DNA from: Acidimicrobiia bacterium
GTDB taxonomy: Bacteria; Actinomycetota; Acidimicrobiia; Acidimicrobiales; JANYDT01
NCBI GenBank assembly: GCA_031406385.1
Contig: JANOHI010000012.1
Location: 7,110-71,109 of the forward strand
Direction: 5' to 3'
Length of the DNA stretch: 64,000 bases
Shown: positions 44,673 to 53,230 of the stretch, piece after piece
Position numbering within the stretch: position 1 is the first letter of the stretch
How the letters are laid out: each line of letters begins with the position of its first letter
Notes under the pieces: model-generated
Seen by the model: the letters and a program-made list of their open reading frames with translations, nothing else
Databases searched by the model: none
What the model was told of the DNA's origin: nothing
Program-made: the position numbers and the translations under genes

Positions 44673-45197
44673 ATGGCCCGGATCGACGTACCGGAGGGCG
44701 AAGGACTCGAAGCAACCCGCATGTGGATGCTCGCTCCGCACATCGGAGCGGGGGTGGGTGCGCTCGGCAAGGCCACCTATGTGGAGAGCAGCCTGCCGAT
44801 CCGCGAGCGCGAAGTCGCCCGCATGCGGATCGCTCAGCTCAACCAATGCGTTGTTTGACTGAATACTCGAGCCGCATCGGCGATGCGGCAGGGACTCTCC
44901 GATGAGCTGTACAACGCTGTCGCCGACTACCGGACCGACGAGCGATTCACCCCCCGCGAAAAGCTGGCCATCGAGTTCGCCGAATGGTTCGCCATCGACC
45001 ACACCGCCATCGACGACGCGTTCTTCGTCCGGCTGCGCGAACTGTTCTCCGACCCCGAGGTGTTGGAGTTGACGATCACCATCGGTTACTGCGTCGGGAT
45101 CGGCCGGGCATTTCACGTGCTCGACGTCGCCCGCGACTTCGAGGTGCTGTGGAGCAAGGAACCGAAGCCGGTCGAAGCAGCGGAGCCCAGCGCGTGA
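44673..45197 (+). CDS. carboxymuconolactone decarboxylase (CMD/AhpD-like) family protein with in-frame TGA at 44856-44858 (candidate selenocysteine, CxxU)
   Basis: GGAGGA lies 4 nt upstream of ATG 44673. The two ORF-track pieces (..REVARMRIAQLNQCVV* and MRQGLSDELYNAVADY..) are in the same frame, and joined they give a 174-aa CMD-family protein. The TGA sits where the second Cys of CxxC is expected. Confidence 0.6.
44871..44889 (+). promoter_or_regulatory. SECIS-like hairpin: GCCGCATC-ggc-GATGCGGC, 12 nt downstream of the TGA
   Basis: It is a perfect 8-bp stem with a 3-nt G-rich loop. Its spacing from the UGA is comparable to bacterial SECIS elements. Confidence 0.5.
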
Positions 45198-46438
45198 GCG
45201 ATACCACGATCACCGAGCGAAACAACGGCGTCTCATACGACCCGTTCGCACCGGAGACTCTGGCCGACCCCATGGCTGCGTACGCCGAGCTGCGCGAGAA
45301 GTGCCCCGTCCACCGGTTCGAAGACTTCACCCCCTCGTTCGCCACGATCACGCGCTACGACGATGTCGTCGCCGTGCTCAAGGACACGGCGCAGTGGAGC
45401 AGCCGCTACGGACAGACGCCGCAGTTCACCCGCGGCACCGGGCTGAACCAGGACCCGCCCGACCACACGGAGTTCCGCAAGCTCTTCCAGAAGGGCTTCA
45501 CGCCGCGCATGATCGGTCGCCTCGACGATGAGGTGCACGAGCTGGCCGTCGCTCTGGTCGACGACATGGCGGCCGTTGCGAAGCGTCGCGGCGATCTTCA
45601 CGATCTCCTCGCCTGCCCGCTCCCGGTGATCGTTATCGCCAAACTGCTCGGTGTCCCGCCGACCGAGCTCGTGCAGTTCAAGCAGTGGTCCGACGATCTC
45701 GTCGCGTGCTTCAACAATCCCGATCCACGCGCGCCCGACAAGATCCGGGCCGAGCTCAACGCCTACTTCCAAGGGTTCATCGACGATCGACGCGCCCTGC
45801 TGGCAGCGGCCGGCGTCGACGAGCCGGACGAATCACACCTCGGCACGGTCGTGCCGAACGACCTCATCGGCGGCTTCGTGGTCGCGACCTATCAAGGCCG
45901 ACGGCTCAGCGACCCGGAACTCCATCAGGTGCTCATCCAGCTCCTCGCCGGCGGCAACGAGACCACCACCTCGCTCATCACGAACTGCGTCCTCCGCCTG
46001 TTGGAGGACCGCACTCGCTGGGAGGCGCTTTGCGCCGACCCATCGCTGGTCGACACGGCGCTCGAGGAGAGCCTCCGCTTCGACCCACCGGTTCTGGGCT
46101 TGTTCCGCACGAACAACGAAGCGGTGGAGATGCACGGCGTGTGCCTTGGCGAGAAGACCAAGGTCATGGTCACCTACGCCTCGGCGAACCGTGATGCGTC
46201 GGTGTTCTCCGACCCCGACACGTTCCGCCTCGATCGTCCCGCGGAAGAACTGCGCCGTCACCTGTCCTTCGGTCTCGGTCACCACTACTGCCCGGGCGCG
46301 TCGCTGTCGCGGCTCGAAGCACGCACTGCACTGCGTCTACTTGTCGAACGCTTCCCCGACCTCCGGCTCGATGGTGCACCGGTGCGCATTGCCCCGTTCA
46401 ACCTGTGGGGACGTCGCTCGCTCCCCGTGGCATGGTGA
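45194..46438 (+). CDS. cytochrome P450
   Basis: The GTG start overlaps the upstream stop (GTGA 45194-45197). It carries the EXXR block and the heme-binding FGLGHHYCPGASLS. Confidence 0.9.
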   Translation: MSDTTITERNNGVSYDPFAPETLADPMAAYAELREKCPVHRFEDFTPSFATITRYDDVVAVLKDTAQWSSRYGQTPQFTRGTGLNQDPPDHTEFRKLFQKGFTPRMIGRLDDEVHELAVALVDDMAAVAKRRGDLHDLLACPLPVIVIAKLLGVPPTELVQFKQWSDDLVACFNNPDPRAPDKIRAELNAYFQGFIDDRRALLAAAGVDEPDESHLGTVVPNDLIGGFVVATYQGRRLSDPELHQVLIQLLAGGNETTTSLITNCVLRLLEDRTRWEALCADPSLVDTALEESLRFDPPVLGLFRTNNEAVEMHGVCLGEKTKVMVTYASANRDASVFSDPDTFRLDRPAEELRRHLSFGLGHHYCPGASLSRLEARTALRLLVERFPDLRLDGAPVRIAPFNLWGRRSLPVAW

Positions 46439-46443
46439 TCCCC

Positions 46444-46827
46444 ATGGAACAACTCACTCCTCTCGAAACCGTCCGGGCCTTCATCGCCGCCATCGAGCGA
46501 CGAGACATCGAAGCCGCCCTCGTCTTTGTCGACGAGCACTGCGAATACGACAACGTGCCCATGGGCAAGAACTTCGGCCGCGAATCGATCGGCAAGGTGC
46601 TCGGCCCGTTCATCACTGGTTGTTCCGAGGTCGAGTGGGTCACCCATCGTGAGGCGGCCACAGGGCCGATCGTGTGCAACGAACGGACCGACCGGTTCCG
46701 TCTCCCCCACGGCTGGGTGGAGATGCCAGTGACGGGAGTCTGGGAGGTACACGATGGCCTCATCACCTTGTGGCGCGACTACTTCGATGCCGCAACGTTC
46801 ACGTCGCAGATGCCGGGGCGGTCGTGA
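46444..46827 (+). CDS. limonene-1,2-epoxide hydrolase / SnoaL-like (NTF2 fold) protein
   Basis: LETVRAFIAAIERRDIEAAL..NERTDRF..VTGVWEVHDGLITLWRDYFD matches the LEH-family pattern. An alternative start lies at 46432. Confidence 0.75.
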   Translation: MEQLTPLETVRAFIAAIERRDIEAALVFVDEHCEYDNVPMGKNFGRESIGKVLGPFITGCSEVEWVTHREAATGPIVCNERTDRFRLPHGWVEMPVTGVWEVHDGLITLWRDYFDAATFTSQMPGRS

Positions 46828-47279
46828 CGGCTGTTGCTGCTGCGCTGTACGCCGAACGACTCGGCCATGCTCCCGACGTCGCCGCCACACTCGACGCAGC
46901 CTGGGATGCGGCCTGGTCGTCGGTCGACCCGTGCCTGCTCGAGCTCTGCCGACTCGAGATCGCCACGATTCTGCGCAACCCCGCAGAGTTCGAGTCGCGC
47001 ACACCGGCGGCGATCGCCGCCGGTTTCGACGACCGCAAGGTCGCCGCACTCGCATCGTGGATGCGCTCTCCGATGATCACCGCGGCGGAGCAGGCATGCC
47101 TGGCCTTCACCGACGCCTTCGTCATCGACGTTGCGTCGCTGCCGGATGAGACCGCGGCCGCCGTTCGCGAACACCTGGGTGACGCCGGACTCGTCGACTT
47201 CGCATCTGCGCTGCTCGTGCTCGAACAGCGCCAGCGGCTCGCCCTCGTGTGGACATCGTTGTTCGCGCGGGCGTCATGA
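46824..47279 (+). CDS. CMD/AhpD-like family paralogue without the CxxC/CxxU motif
   Basis: The GTG start overlaps the upstream stop (GTGA 46824-46827). LLELCRLEIATILRNPAEF..ITAAEQACLAFTDAFV resembles the CMD fold but lacks redox Cys residues. Confidence 0.6.
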   Translation: MTAVAAALYAERLGHAPDVAATLDAAWDAAWSSVDPCLLELCRLEIATILRNPAEFESRTPAAIAAGFDDRKVAALASWMRSPMITAAEQACLAFTDAFVIDVASLPDETAAAVREHLGDAGLVDFASALLVLEQRQRLALVWTSLFARAS

Positions 47280-47776
47280 GCCGGGCACGCCGAGTAGCTC
47301 CGGGCACGCCGACCGCGCCGGCGCTGCGCCGATCGCTCGGTGACCTGGCGGCGGCGACGGTCCGCATGGACGCCATGGATCCGGTCATCACCGAACTCGT
47401 CCGCATGCAATGTGCCCGACACCACGATTGCGGCACTTGACTGTCCGTTCGCCTGGCAGTTGCCAGGGATCAAGGACTCGATGAAGCAACCATCGCCAAA
47501 GGTGACCCGCGATCACGGGCGGAGCTCGCACCGGCGCAGCGTGCCGCCCTCGACCTCGCGGATGCACTGATGACGATGCCTGCGCTGGTTCCGGCCGAGC
47601 TGATCGAACGTATGCACACACACTTCTCGCCGGAACAGATCGTCGAGCTCACCCTCGACGTGATGAAGTGGAACGCTCAGAAGGTCCCCGTGGCCCTCGG
47701 CATCGACGACTGGGTCCGCCCGGGCGAGCTATCCGACCTCGTCTTCGACACCGACGGCCGATGGGTCCGTGGCTGA
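47276..47776 (+). CDS. CMD/AhpD-like family protein with in-frame TGA at 47438-47440 (candidate selenocysteine, CxxU)
   Basis: The ATG overlaps the upstream stop (ATGA 47276-47279). The ORF-track pieces 47249-47440 (..ELVRMQCARHHDCGT*) and 47570-47776 are in the same frame with no other stop between them. The joined protein is 166 aa. The TGA is at the second Cys position of the CxxC motif (CGT-TGA). Confidence 0.6.
47452..47467 (+). promoter_or_regulatory. SECIS-like hairpin: CCTGGC-agtt-GCCAGG, 11 nt downstream of the TGA
   Basis: The inverted repeat CCTGGCA/TGCCAGG is seen directly. G and U in the loop lie about 22-23 nt from the U of UGA. Confidence 0.5.
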
Positions 47777-47808
47777 CCGAAGCCGCCGCTGCTTGCGCGC
47801 TCTGCTAA

Positions 47809-47889
47809 CGGTAGGGAGAACACGCTGCTGTTGGTAGCGTAAACCTGCTGCGAATGGTAGCGTGAATGATCGGCGTTTGGTAGCGTAAA
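47809..47889 (+). repeat. phased direct repeats TGGTAGCGT(A/G)AA at 23-bp spacing (3 good copies + 1 degenerate)
   Basis: Copies lie at 47832-47843, 47855-47866 and 47878-47889. A degenerate copy cGGTAGgGaGAA lies at 47809-47820. The last copy ends 3 nt before ATG 47893. Confidence 0.75.
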
Positions 47890-47892
47890 GGC

Positions 47893-49164
47893 ATGTCCTA
47901 TCAACGTCGGATCATCGACGATGAGCTCGATGCCCTGTTTCCGCACCTCGCCGCCATCGCGCTTGAAGGTCCGAAGGGTGTTGGAAAAACAGCTACCGGC
48001 CTAGAGCGGGCGCGCTCGACGCTTCACCTCGATGACCCGTTGCAGCAGTCTCTCTTGGGCGCCGACCCGGCTCGCCTTGACCGGCTGGAAACGCCCGTGT
48101 TGTTGGACGAATGGCAGCGCTACCCCCGGTCATGGGACCTGGTGCGTCGATCGGTCGATGCCGACTCGACAGGGGGACGATTCCTCCTCGCCGGGAGCGC
48201 CACACCGCCAGAGCTTCCGATGCACTCGGGCGCAGGTCGAATCGTTCGGCTGAAGATGCGCCCGCTCAGCTTGGTTGAACGCAACATCGCCGAACCTTCG
48301 GTCAGCCTCGCGGCGTTCCTGACCCAAGGTGTCAATGCCGTTGGTGGCGATTCACCGGTGCGCCTCGTTGACTACGTCGACGAGATCGTCGCATCGGGAA
48401 TGCCGGCAATTCGAGGCCTCCCGCCTCAGCCACGGGCCAAGCAACTCGACAGCTACCTCGAGCGCATTGCCGACGTCGAGTTCGCGGAGCAAGGTGTGCG
48501 CGTGAACCGCCCGGCGTCACTCCGAGCTTGGATGATGGCGTACGCGGCAGCAACCGCATCGACTGCGTCGTACGCAACGATCCTCGACGCCGCGACACCG
48601 GGCGAGTCGGACAAGCCGGCAAAGACCACTGCAATGCGCTACCGCGACGTGCTGTCTCGACTGTGGATTCTTGATCCCATTCCCGGTTGGTACCCGGCCG
48701 GGAACCTGCTGACTCGACTCGCCCAAGCACCCAAACATCACCTGGTCGATCCTGGCTTTGCCGCCAGGCTGGTTGGGGCAACGGCGTCGTCGCTGTTGAG
48801 CGGTCAAGTTCTTCGAGGTGCCAAGAACACCGACGAAGGATTTGTAGGTGCACTGTTTGAGTCGCTTGTCGCTCAGTCGGTCCGTGTCTATGCCCAGCGC
48901 GCGTCGGCAACGGTCCACCACCTCCGAACTCGCAACGGGGACCACGAGGTGGACCTGATTGTCGAAGGCGAAGACCGACGCATCGTGGCGATCGAAGTCA
49001 AGCTCGCACCCGACATTTCGGATCGAGACGTCAGGCATCTCCACTGGGTGCAATCACAGCTCGGCGACCGCGTCGCGGCAGCGGTGATTGTGACAACTGG
49101 TCAGTATGCATACCGACGGAGCGATGGCATCTTTGTTGTTCCAGCAGCGCTCCTCGGTCCGTAG
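47893..49164 (+). CDS. AAA-type ATP-binding protein with DUF4143-like C-terminal domain
   Basis: It carries the Walker A LEGPKGVGKTATG and Walker B-like VLLDEWQRYP. The C-terminal nuclease-like block reads HHLRTRNGDHEVDLIVEGEDRRIVAIEVK. Confidence 0.85.
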   Translation: MSYQRRIIDDELDALFPHLAAIALEGPKGVGKTATGLERARSTLHLDDPLQQSLLGADPARLDRLETPVLLDEWQRYPRSWDLVRRSVDADSTGGRFLLAGSATPPELPMHSGAGRIVRLKMRPLSLVERNIAEPSVSLAAFLTQGVNAVGGDSPVRLVDYVDEIVASGMPAIRGLPPQPRAKQLDSYLERIADVEFAEQGVRVNRPASLRAWMMAYAAATASTASYATILDAATPGESDKPAKTTAMRYRDVLSRLWILDPIPGWYPAGNLLTRLAQAPKHHLVDPGFAARLVGATASSLLSGQVLRGAKNTDEGFVGALFESLVAQSVRVYAQRASATVHHLRTRNGDHEVDLIVEGEDRRIVAIEVKLAPDISDRDVRHLHWVQSQLGDRVAAAVIVTTGQYAYRRSDGIFVVPAALLGP

Positions 49165-49260
49165 CGCTGTTCAAAATGGCTGCAGTGGGTCCGAGTTCGA
49201 GCGGGTCAAAGGCTGAAGCAACGGCGCCCGAAGGGTGCCGACACACACCAAGATGGGTCG

Positions 49261-49983
49261 ATGAGTGATCCATCGACTGCGACTGCCGGGCCTATCGCAC
49301 TTGTCGGGAGTGGCGAGTTCCTGCCGCAGATGGTCGACGTGGATCGGTGGCTCCTCACGGGGCGACGTCCGCGTGCTGCGTTCCTCCCGACCGCGGCCGG
49401 GGAAGAAGGGGCCGCATCGGTGAACCGATGGCTGAAGCTCGGCACCGACCACTACACGGCGATGGGTATCGAACCGGTTGCTGTCCCGGTACTCAACGCC
49501 GAGGACGCCAACCGGGAAGACCTGGCGGCGTTGATCGACGACGTCGGTCTGATCTACCTGTCCGGCGGGAATCCCGGCCACATCGCCCGGTCGCTGCGCA
49601 ACTCACTGGTGTGGGACGCGATCGTCCGGGCGTGGCAGAAGGGCGCCGCTCTAGCCGGATGCAGTGCAGGTGCGATCGCGCTCACCGCAAGCGCCATCGA
49701 CGTGCGCCGCGGAGGGCGAACCAGCGAGCCGGCCACGAATCTGATCGAACACGTCACCGTGATCCCACACTTCGACCGAATGGCGCACTGGTTCCCGAAC
49801 ATGGTGGAACAGGCACTGGCCCAGCTCCAGCCCGGCTTCCATCTCGTCGGGGTCGACGAGGACACCGCACTCGTCGGTGGTATGACCGAGTGGACCGTGA
49901 TGGGTCGTCAGCGGGTCACTGTGTTCGGGCCCGGTGGTCCGATCGAGTTCACCCACGGGCAACGGCTCAGCCTGCCCCGCTGA
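49261..49983 (+). CDS. peptidase S51 family (cyanophycinase / dipeptidase E-like) protein
   Basis: It carries IYLSGGNPGHI and LAGCSAGAIALTA (the Ser nucleophile context). Confidence 0.75.
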   Translation: MSDPSTATAGPIALVGSGEFLPQMVDVDRWLLTGRRPRAAFLPTAAGEEGAASVNRWLKLGTDHYTAMGIEPVAVPVLNAEDANREDLAALIDDVGLIYLSGGNPGHIARSLRNSLVWDAIVRAWQKGAALAGCSAGAIALTASAIDVRRGGRTSEPATNLIEHVTVIPHFDRMAHWFPNMVEQALAQLQPGFHLVGVDEDTALVGGMTEWTVMGRQRVTVFGPGGPIEFTHGQRLSLPR

Positions 49984-50179
49984 CCAACGAATGCGGGGCA
50001 CCACGCCCGTGAACCGATCGGCGGGATCGATGAGTTGGGTGGGCCTCCGCTGGCGTCCGGAAACGTTCGCAACGACATTCGGCGCAGGCTCCGATGAACG
50101 TTCACCTCACAAGTGCGTTGACCTACCGTCGGGCGAGAGCGACGGGGAGATTCGAAATCGGTGATGCGGGTCTGTACGT

Positions 50180-50428
50180 ATGTATGATACGTACGTGCCG
50201 AACAAAACGATCAGTGTTCCCGACGACGTCGTGCCGATCATCGAAAGCCTCGGCGTACCGTTCTCCACCTGGGTTGCCAATCAGCTGCGACATCACGCGG
50301 CCACACACTCCGAGCTCGGCCTCTCCGAGCAATTGCTGGCTGACGGCGAGCTCGCTGGGATCAAACCGCCGACTGCAGCGGAGTCGTTGCAGTCGTTGAA
50401 ACGTATGGAGCGTTCAGCGCCATGGTAG
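50180..50428 (+). CDS. putative antitoxin of the MazF-type toxin
   Basis: This 82-aa ORF overlaps the toxin start by 7 nt. An inverted repeat overlaps its start codon. I recognise no family motif. Confidence 0.55.
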   Translation: MYDTYVPNKTISVPDDVVPIIESLGVPFSTWVANQLRHHAATHSELGLSEQLLADGELAGIKPPTAAESLQSLKRMERSAPW

Positions 50429-50739
50429 CGAGGGGCTCGGTGTATTGGATCGGGCTCGACAAACGCAGACCCTGTGTGGTGGTGTCCTCCGAGGAGGTAC
50501 TCCGGGTGAATGTCTGGCAGACCCACGTCGTGCCCGTCACCTCGAACGTCGCCCGAGCGGGTATCGCCGGCAATGTCTTGCTCCCTGCCAGAGCGAGCGG
50601 GCTACCCCAAGATTCCGTAGCGGTTCCCCTCGGTCTCGAACTCATCGACCGATCGCTACTCGGCGAACAAGCCGGCCGCCTGCCCAAGGTCTTGGTTGAC
50701 GATATCGACGAGGGACTCCGAGCCATCCTCGGGATCTGA
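50422..50739 (+). CDS. mazF: MazF/PemK-family type II toxin (mRNA interferase)
   Basis: RGSVYWIGLDKRRPCVVVSS...HVVPVTSNVARAGIAGNVLLPA..GLPQDSVAVPLGLELIDRSLL matches the PemK/MazF pattern. Confidence 0.8.
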   Translation: MVARGSVYWIGLDKRRPCVVVSSEEVLRVNVWQTHVVPVTSNVARAGIAGNVLLPARASGLPQDSVAVPLGLELIDRSLLGEQAGRLPKVLVDDIDEGLRAILGI

Positions 50740-50927
50740 GTTCTTGCGTCCGTTGATGCCAATCCACGCGCTGGACGCTCGTCACATCGTGCGCATTCAC
50801 CGAGGGCTGGGAACTGGGAGAGAGGCCGATGCGCGAACCAACGCGTTTCGGCCGTGCTGGAGTCCGACGGGCCCACCTACGGACTTCTCCCGGGTGCCGA
50901 TTCGGACAGACGGTAGGCTTCACCTCC

Positions 50928-51719
50928 TCAGTTCGAGACAGTAAGCACACGTTCCATGGAGATGCGGACGGCTCGGGCTCGTTCGACCGGGTCGGGGAAC
51001 GCGGTCCGGAGCGACTCCGAGCGGAGCTCGAGCGAGATAGGAACTTGGGGGACCACGGCAAGAAGCTCGCTGATCGGAAGCGAACCATCGCCCGGCAGCA
51101 GACGACCGTGGAGTGCTTCGTGGAGCAGCGTCGGAATCGTGGTGTCGGCCGGCGCGCCCGGCGCGTCGCACACCTGGATGTAAGGGAGCAGATGTGCATC
51201 GACCGCGGCGAGGTCGCTGGGTTGGTGCCCGGCGCGAGACAGATGGAGGCTATCGATGAGAACGCCGAGACACCGATGATCGGCGGCGCGCACAATCGAC
51301 AACGCCTGGGGAAGCGTGCGCACGGCCATGATCGGAAGAAACTCGAGCGCGAGTCGGATGTCGGATCCTTCGAGACGTTGTGCGAGAACACGGAGACGCG
51401 CAGCCACTCGGCCGTCGTCGGGGTCTCGACTGGCCACGAGGATGTTGCGGGCGCCGATCCGCAGCGCGGCGTCGACGATCGCCTCTCCGTTGTCCGAGCC
51501 TGAGCTTCCCTCCGGCACCATGATGATCGGCTCGATGTCGAGAAGGATCATTCCGCGGCGAGTCGCCCGTTCGCGGACATCGTCGGCAACGGCATCGGTC
51601 CACGTTGCCGGATCGAACCAAATCCCGACGGCGAGGAATCCCGCATCGGCCGCAACGTCAACAGCGTCCGCCGGGCCAACGTCGAGGATGGTGCCGGCAG
51701 CAAGTGAGATCATCCGCAT
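50928..51719 (-). CDS. sugar phosphate isomerase/epimerase (xylose isomerase-like TIM barrel) family protein
   Basis: AADAGFLAVGIW..ILLDIEP..LALEFLP..GVLIDSLHLSRAG is the typical AP_endonuc_2 pattern. The start is ATG at 51719 (MRMISL). Confidence 0.75.
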   Translation of the reverse strand: MRMISLAAGTILDVGPADAVDVAADAGFLAVGIWFDPATWTDAVADDVRERATRRGMILLDIEPIIMVPEGSSGSDNGEAIVDAALRIGARNILVASRDPDDGRVAARLRVLAQRLEGSDIRLALEFLPIMAVRTLPQALSIVRAADHRCLGVLIDSLHLSRAGHQPSDLAAVDAHLLPYIQVCDAPGAPADTTIPTLLHEALHGRLLPGDGSLPISELLAVVPQVPISLELRSESLRTAFPDPVERARAVRISMERVLTVSN

Positions 51720-51942
51720 GGATACTGACGCTATCGGCTGTCTTGCGCCGATGTTCGGCACCACGGCCGCCGTTGGAACGGTGCCGAGGATGACGACGAC
51801 CAATCAATCCCAGACCGAGGGAAAGGGCATGCCACAGTGACCAACCCCGACGAAAAATGACCGAGTCCAGGGCTATCCGGGATGCCGAGACGGGCGGTGT
51901 GGGATGCCTCGTGAACAGGAACGAGCGTTACCCGGCGATCCG

Positions 51943-53229
51943 TCACCAGCGGACGGGGAGAGCCCAACAGGTGTGAACCTCGCCCACGCGCAAAGCCCGG
52001 CGCACGGGGACGACGCCACCGGCCAGTGCGATGCCCGGACACTCGTCGAGAAGCACCCGCGAAACCGTGATGGCGAGGTCACGGGTCAGCGCGTATGCCG
52101 ATCTCGGACGATCCTCCGGCACCGCGGGATGCTTCGACGGGGCACCCGTACCGAAGGAGACGCCACTCGCCAGACCATCGGCACGGTACGTCCCGCGCGG
52201 TTCGCGCTGGCAGACGTCCTTACGGAGGAGATCGAACCTGTCGGGATCTTCAAAGATCCTCGGGTCGCGGTTGGCCGCGGCGGCTGAACACCGAAGGAGC
52301 GCGCCGTCGGGAAGCAATCGCCCGAAGCGCTCGACCTCGTGCCGTGCGAATCGATCGGCCGACAGGATCGGCGGGCTGTGCCGGAGCGTTTCCGCCCATG
52401 CCGACTTGACGAGGCGGGGGTTGCGGCGAACCTCATCGAACTGGTCGGGGTTGGTGAGCAGCAGGCTCCACATGTTGGCGAGACCGCCGTGGAGCGTCTC
52501 GTGGTCGGCTTCGAGAAGGGTGGCCACGACATCATCGACAGTCCCGCCGAGACCGGCGATCACCGCCGCCAACCCCTCACCCTGATCCGTAGGTGCGCGT
52601 AGGAGTTCACGAAGTTCATCGATAGCTCTACGAGCGGCCTGTCGCGCTTGGGGCTCCCAACCGACGCCCCGCTGCATGGTGAGAAACGCCGCGACGAAGC
52701 GCTCCTCTTCTGCGTCGTCGACACCCAGAGTGCGGGCGAGCAGACGGATCGGGAATCGAGCGCAGAGCTCGATCGAAAGGTCGCGGGTCGTCCCTTCGAC
52801 CATCTCGCTGACGAGTTCGCGGGCGACCCGCTCACCGTGCTCGTCGGCATAGGCGGTGACGAACGATCGGACCGCGAGGTCGCTGCCGAAGTCGTTGGCC
52901 CAGCGATCGAGGCCGCTGCGCCAACGACGGGTTCGTGTCTCGTAGTTGGCCTCGTCGACGAACACCGACGTGACATCGTCGTAGCGGGTGACCCAGAACG
53001 CGTTGCCCGGCCAGTCGCGGTAGCAGGGATAGTTCTCGCGAAGGATGCCGACGAGCGTGAACGGGTCGTCGAGATAGGCCGACGACGAGAGTTGACGCGG
53101 TTTGATCAGCGGAGTTGTTTCTCGAACCCGCATGCGCTGGTACACCTCATACGAGCGGAAACCGGTCTTTGCTCCGCGCGGTGCGCTGACCGCAGGCTCA
53201 TCGACGGCGTAGCCGTCGGTCACGGTCAT
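51943..53229 (-). CDS. cytochrome P450 homologue lacking the canonical heme-ligand cysteine
   Basis: ATG 53229 has GGAG upstream, 1 nt after the stop of the upstream P450. It is paralogous to the 53231-54697 product (shared ..WVTRYDD.. and the unusual loop before the heme site). However, the FxxGxxxCxG position reads FGTGAPSKHPAVPEDRPRSAY. Confidence 0.7.
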   Translation of the reverse strand: MTVTDGYAVDEPAVSAPRGAKTGFRSYEVYQRMRVRETTPLIKPRQLSSSAYLDDPFTLVGILRENYPCYRDWPGNAFWVTRYDDVTSVFVDEANYETRTRRWRSGLDRWANDFGSDLAVRSFVTAYADEHGERVARELVSEMVEGTTRDLSIELCARFPIRLLARTLGVDDAEEERFVAAFLTMQRGVGWEPQARQAARRAIDELRELLRAPTDQGEGLAAVIAGLGGTVDDVVATLLEADHETLHGGLANMWSLLLTNPDQFDEVRRNPRLVKSAWAETLRHSPPILSADRFARHEVERFGRLLPDGALLRCSAAAANRDPRIFEDPDRFDLLRKDVCQREPRGTYRADGLASGVSFGTGAPSKHPAVPEDRPRSAYALTRDLAITVSRVLLDECPGIALAGGVVPVRRALRVGEVHTCWALPVRW

Positions 53230-53230
53230 C

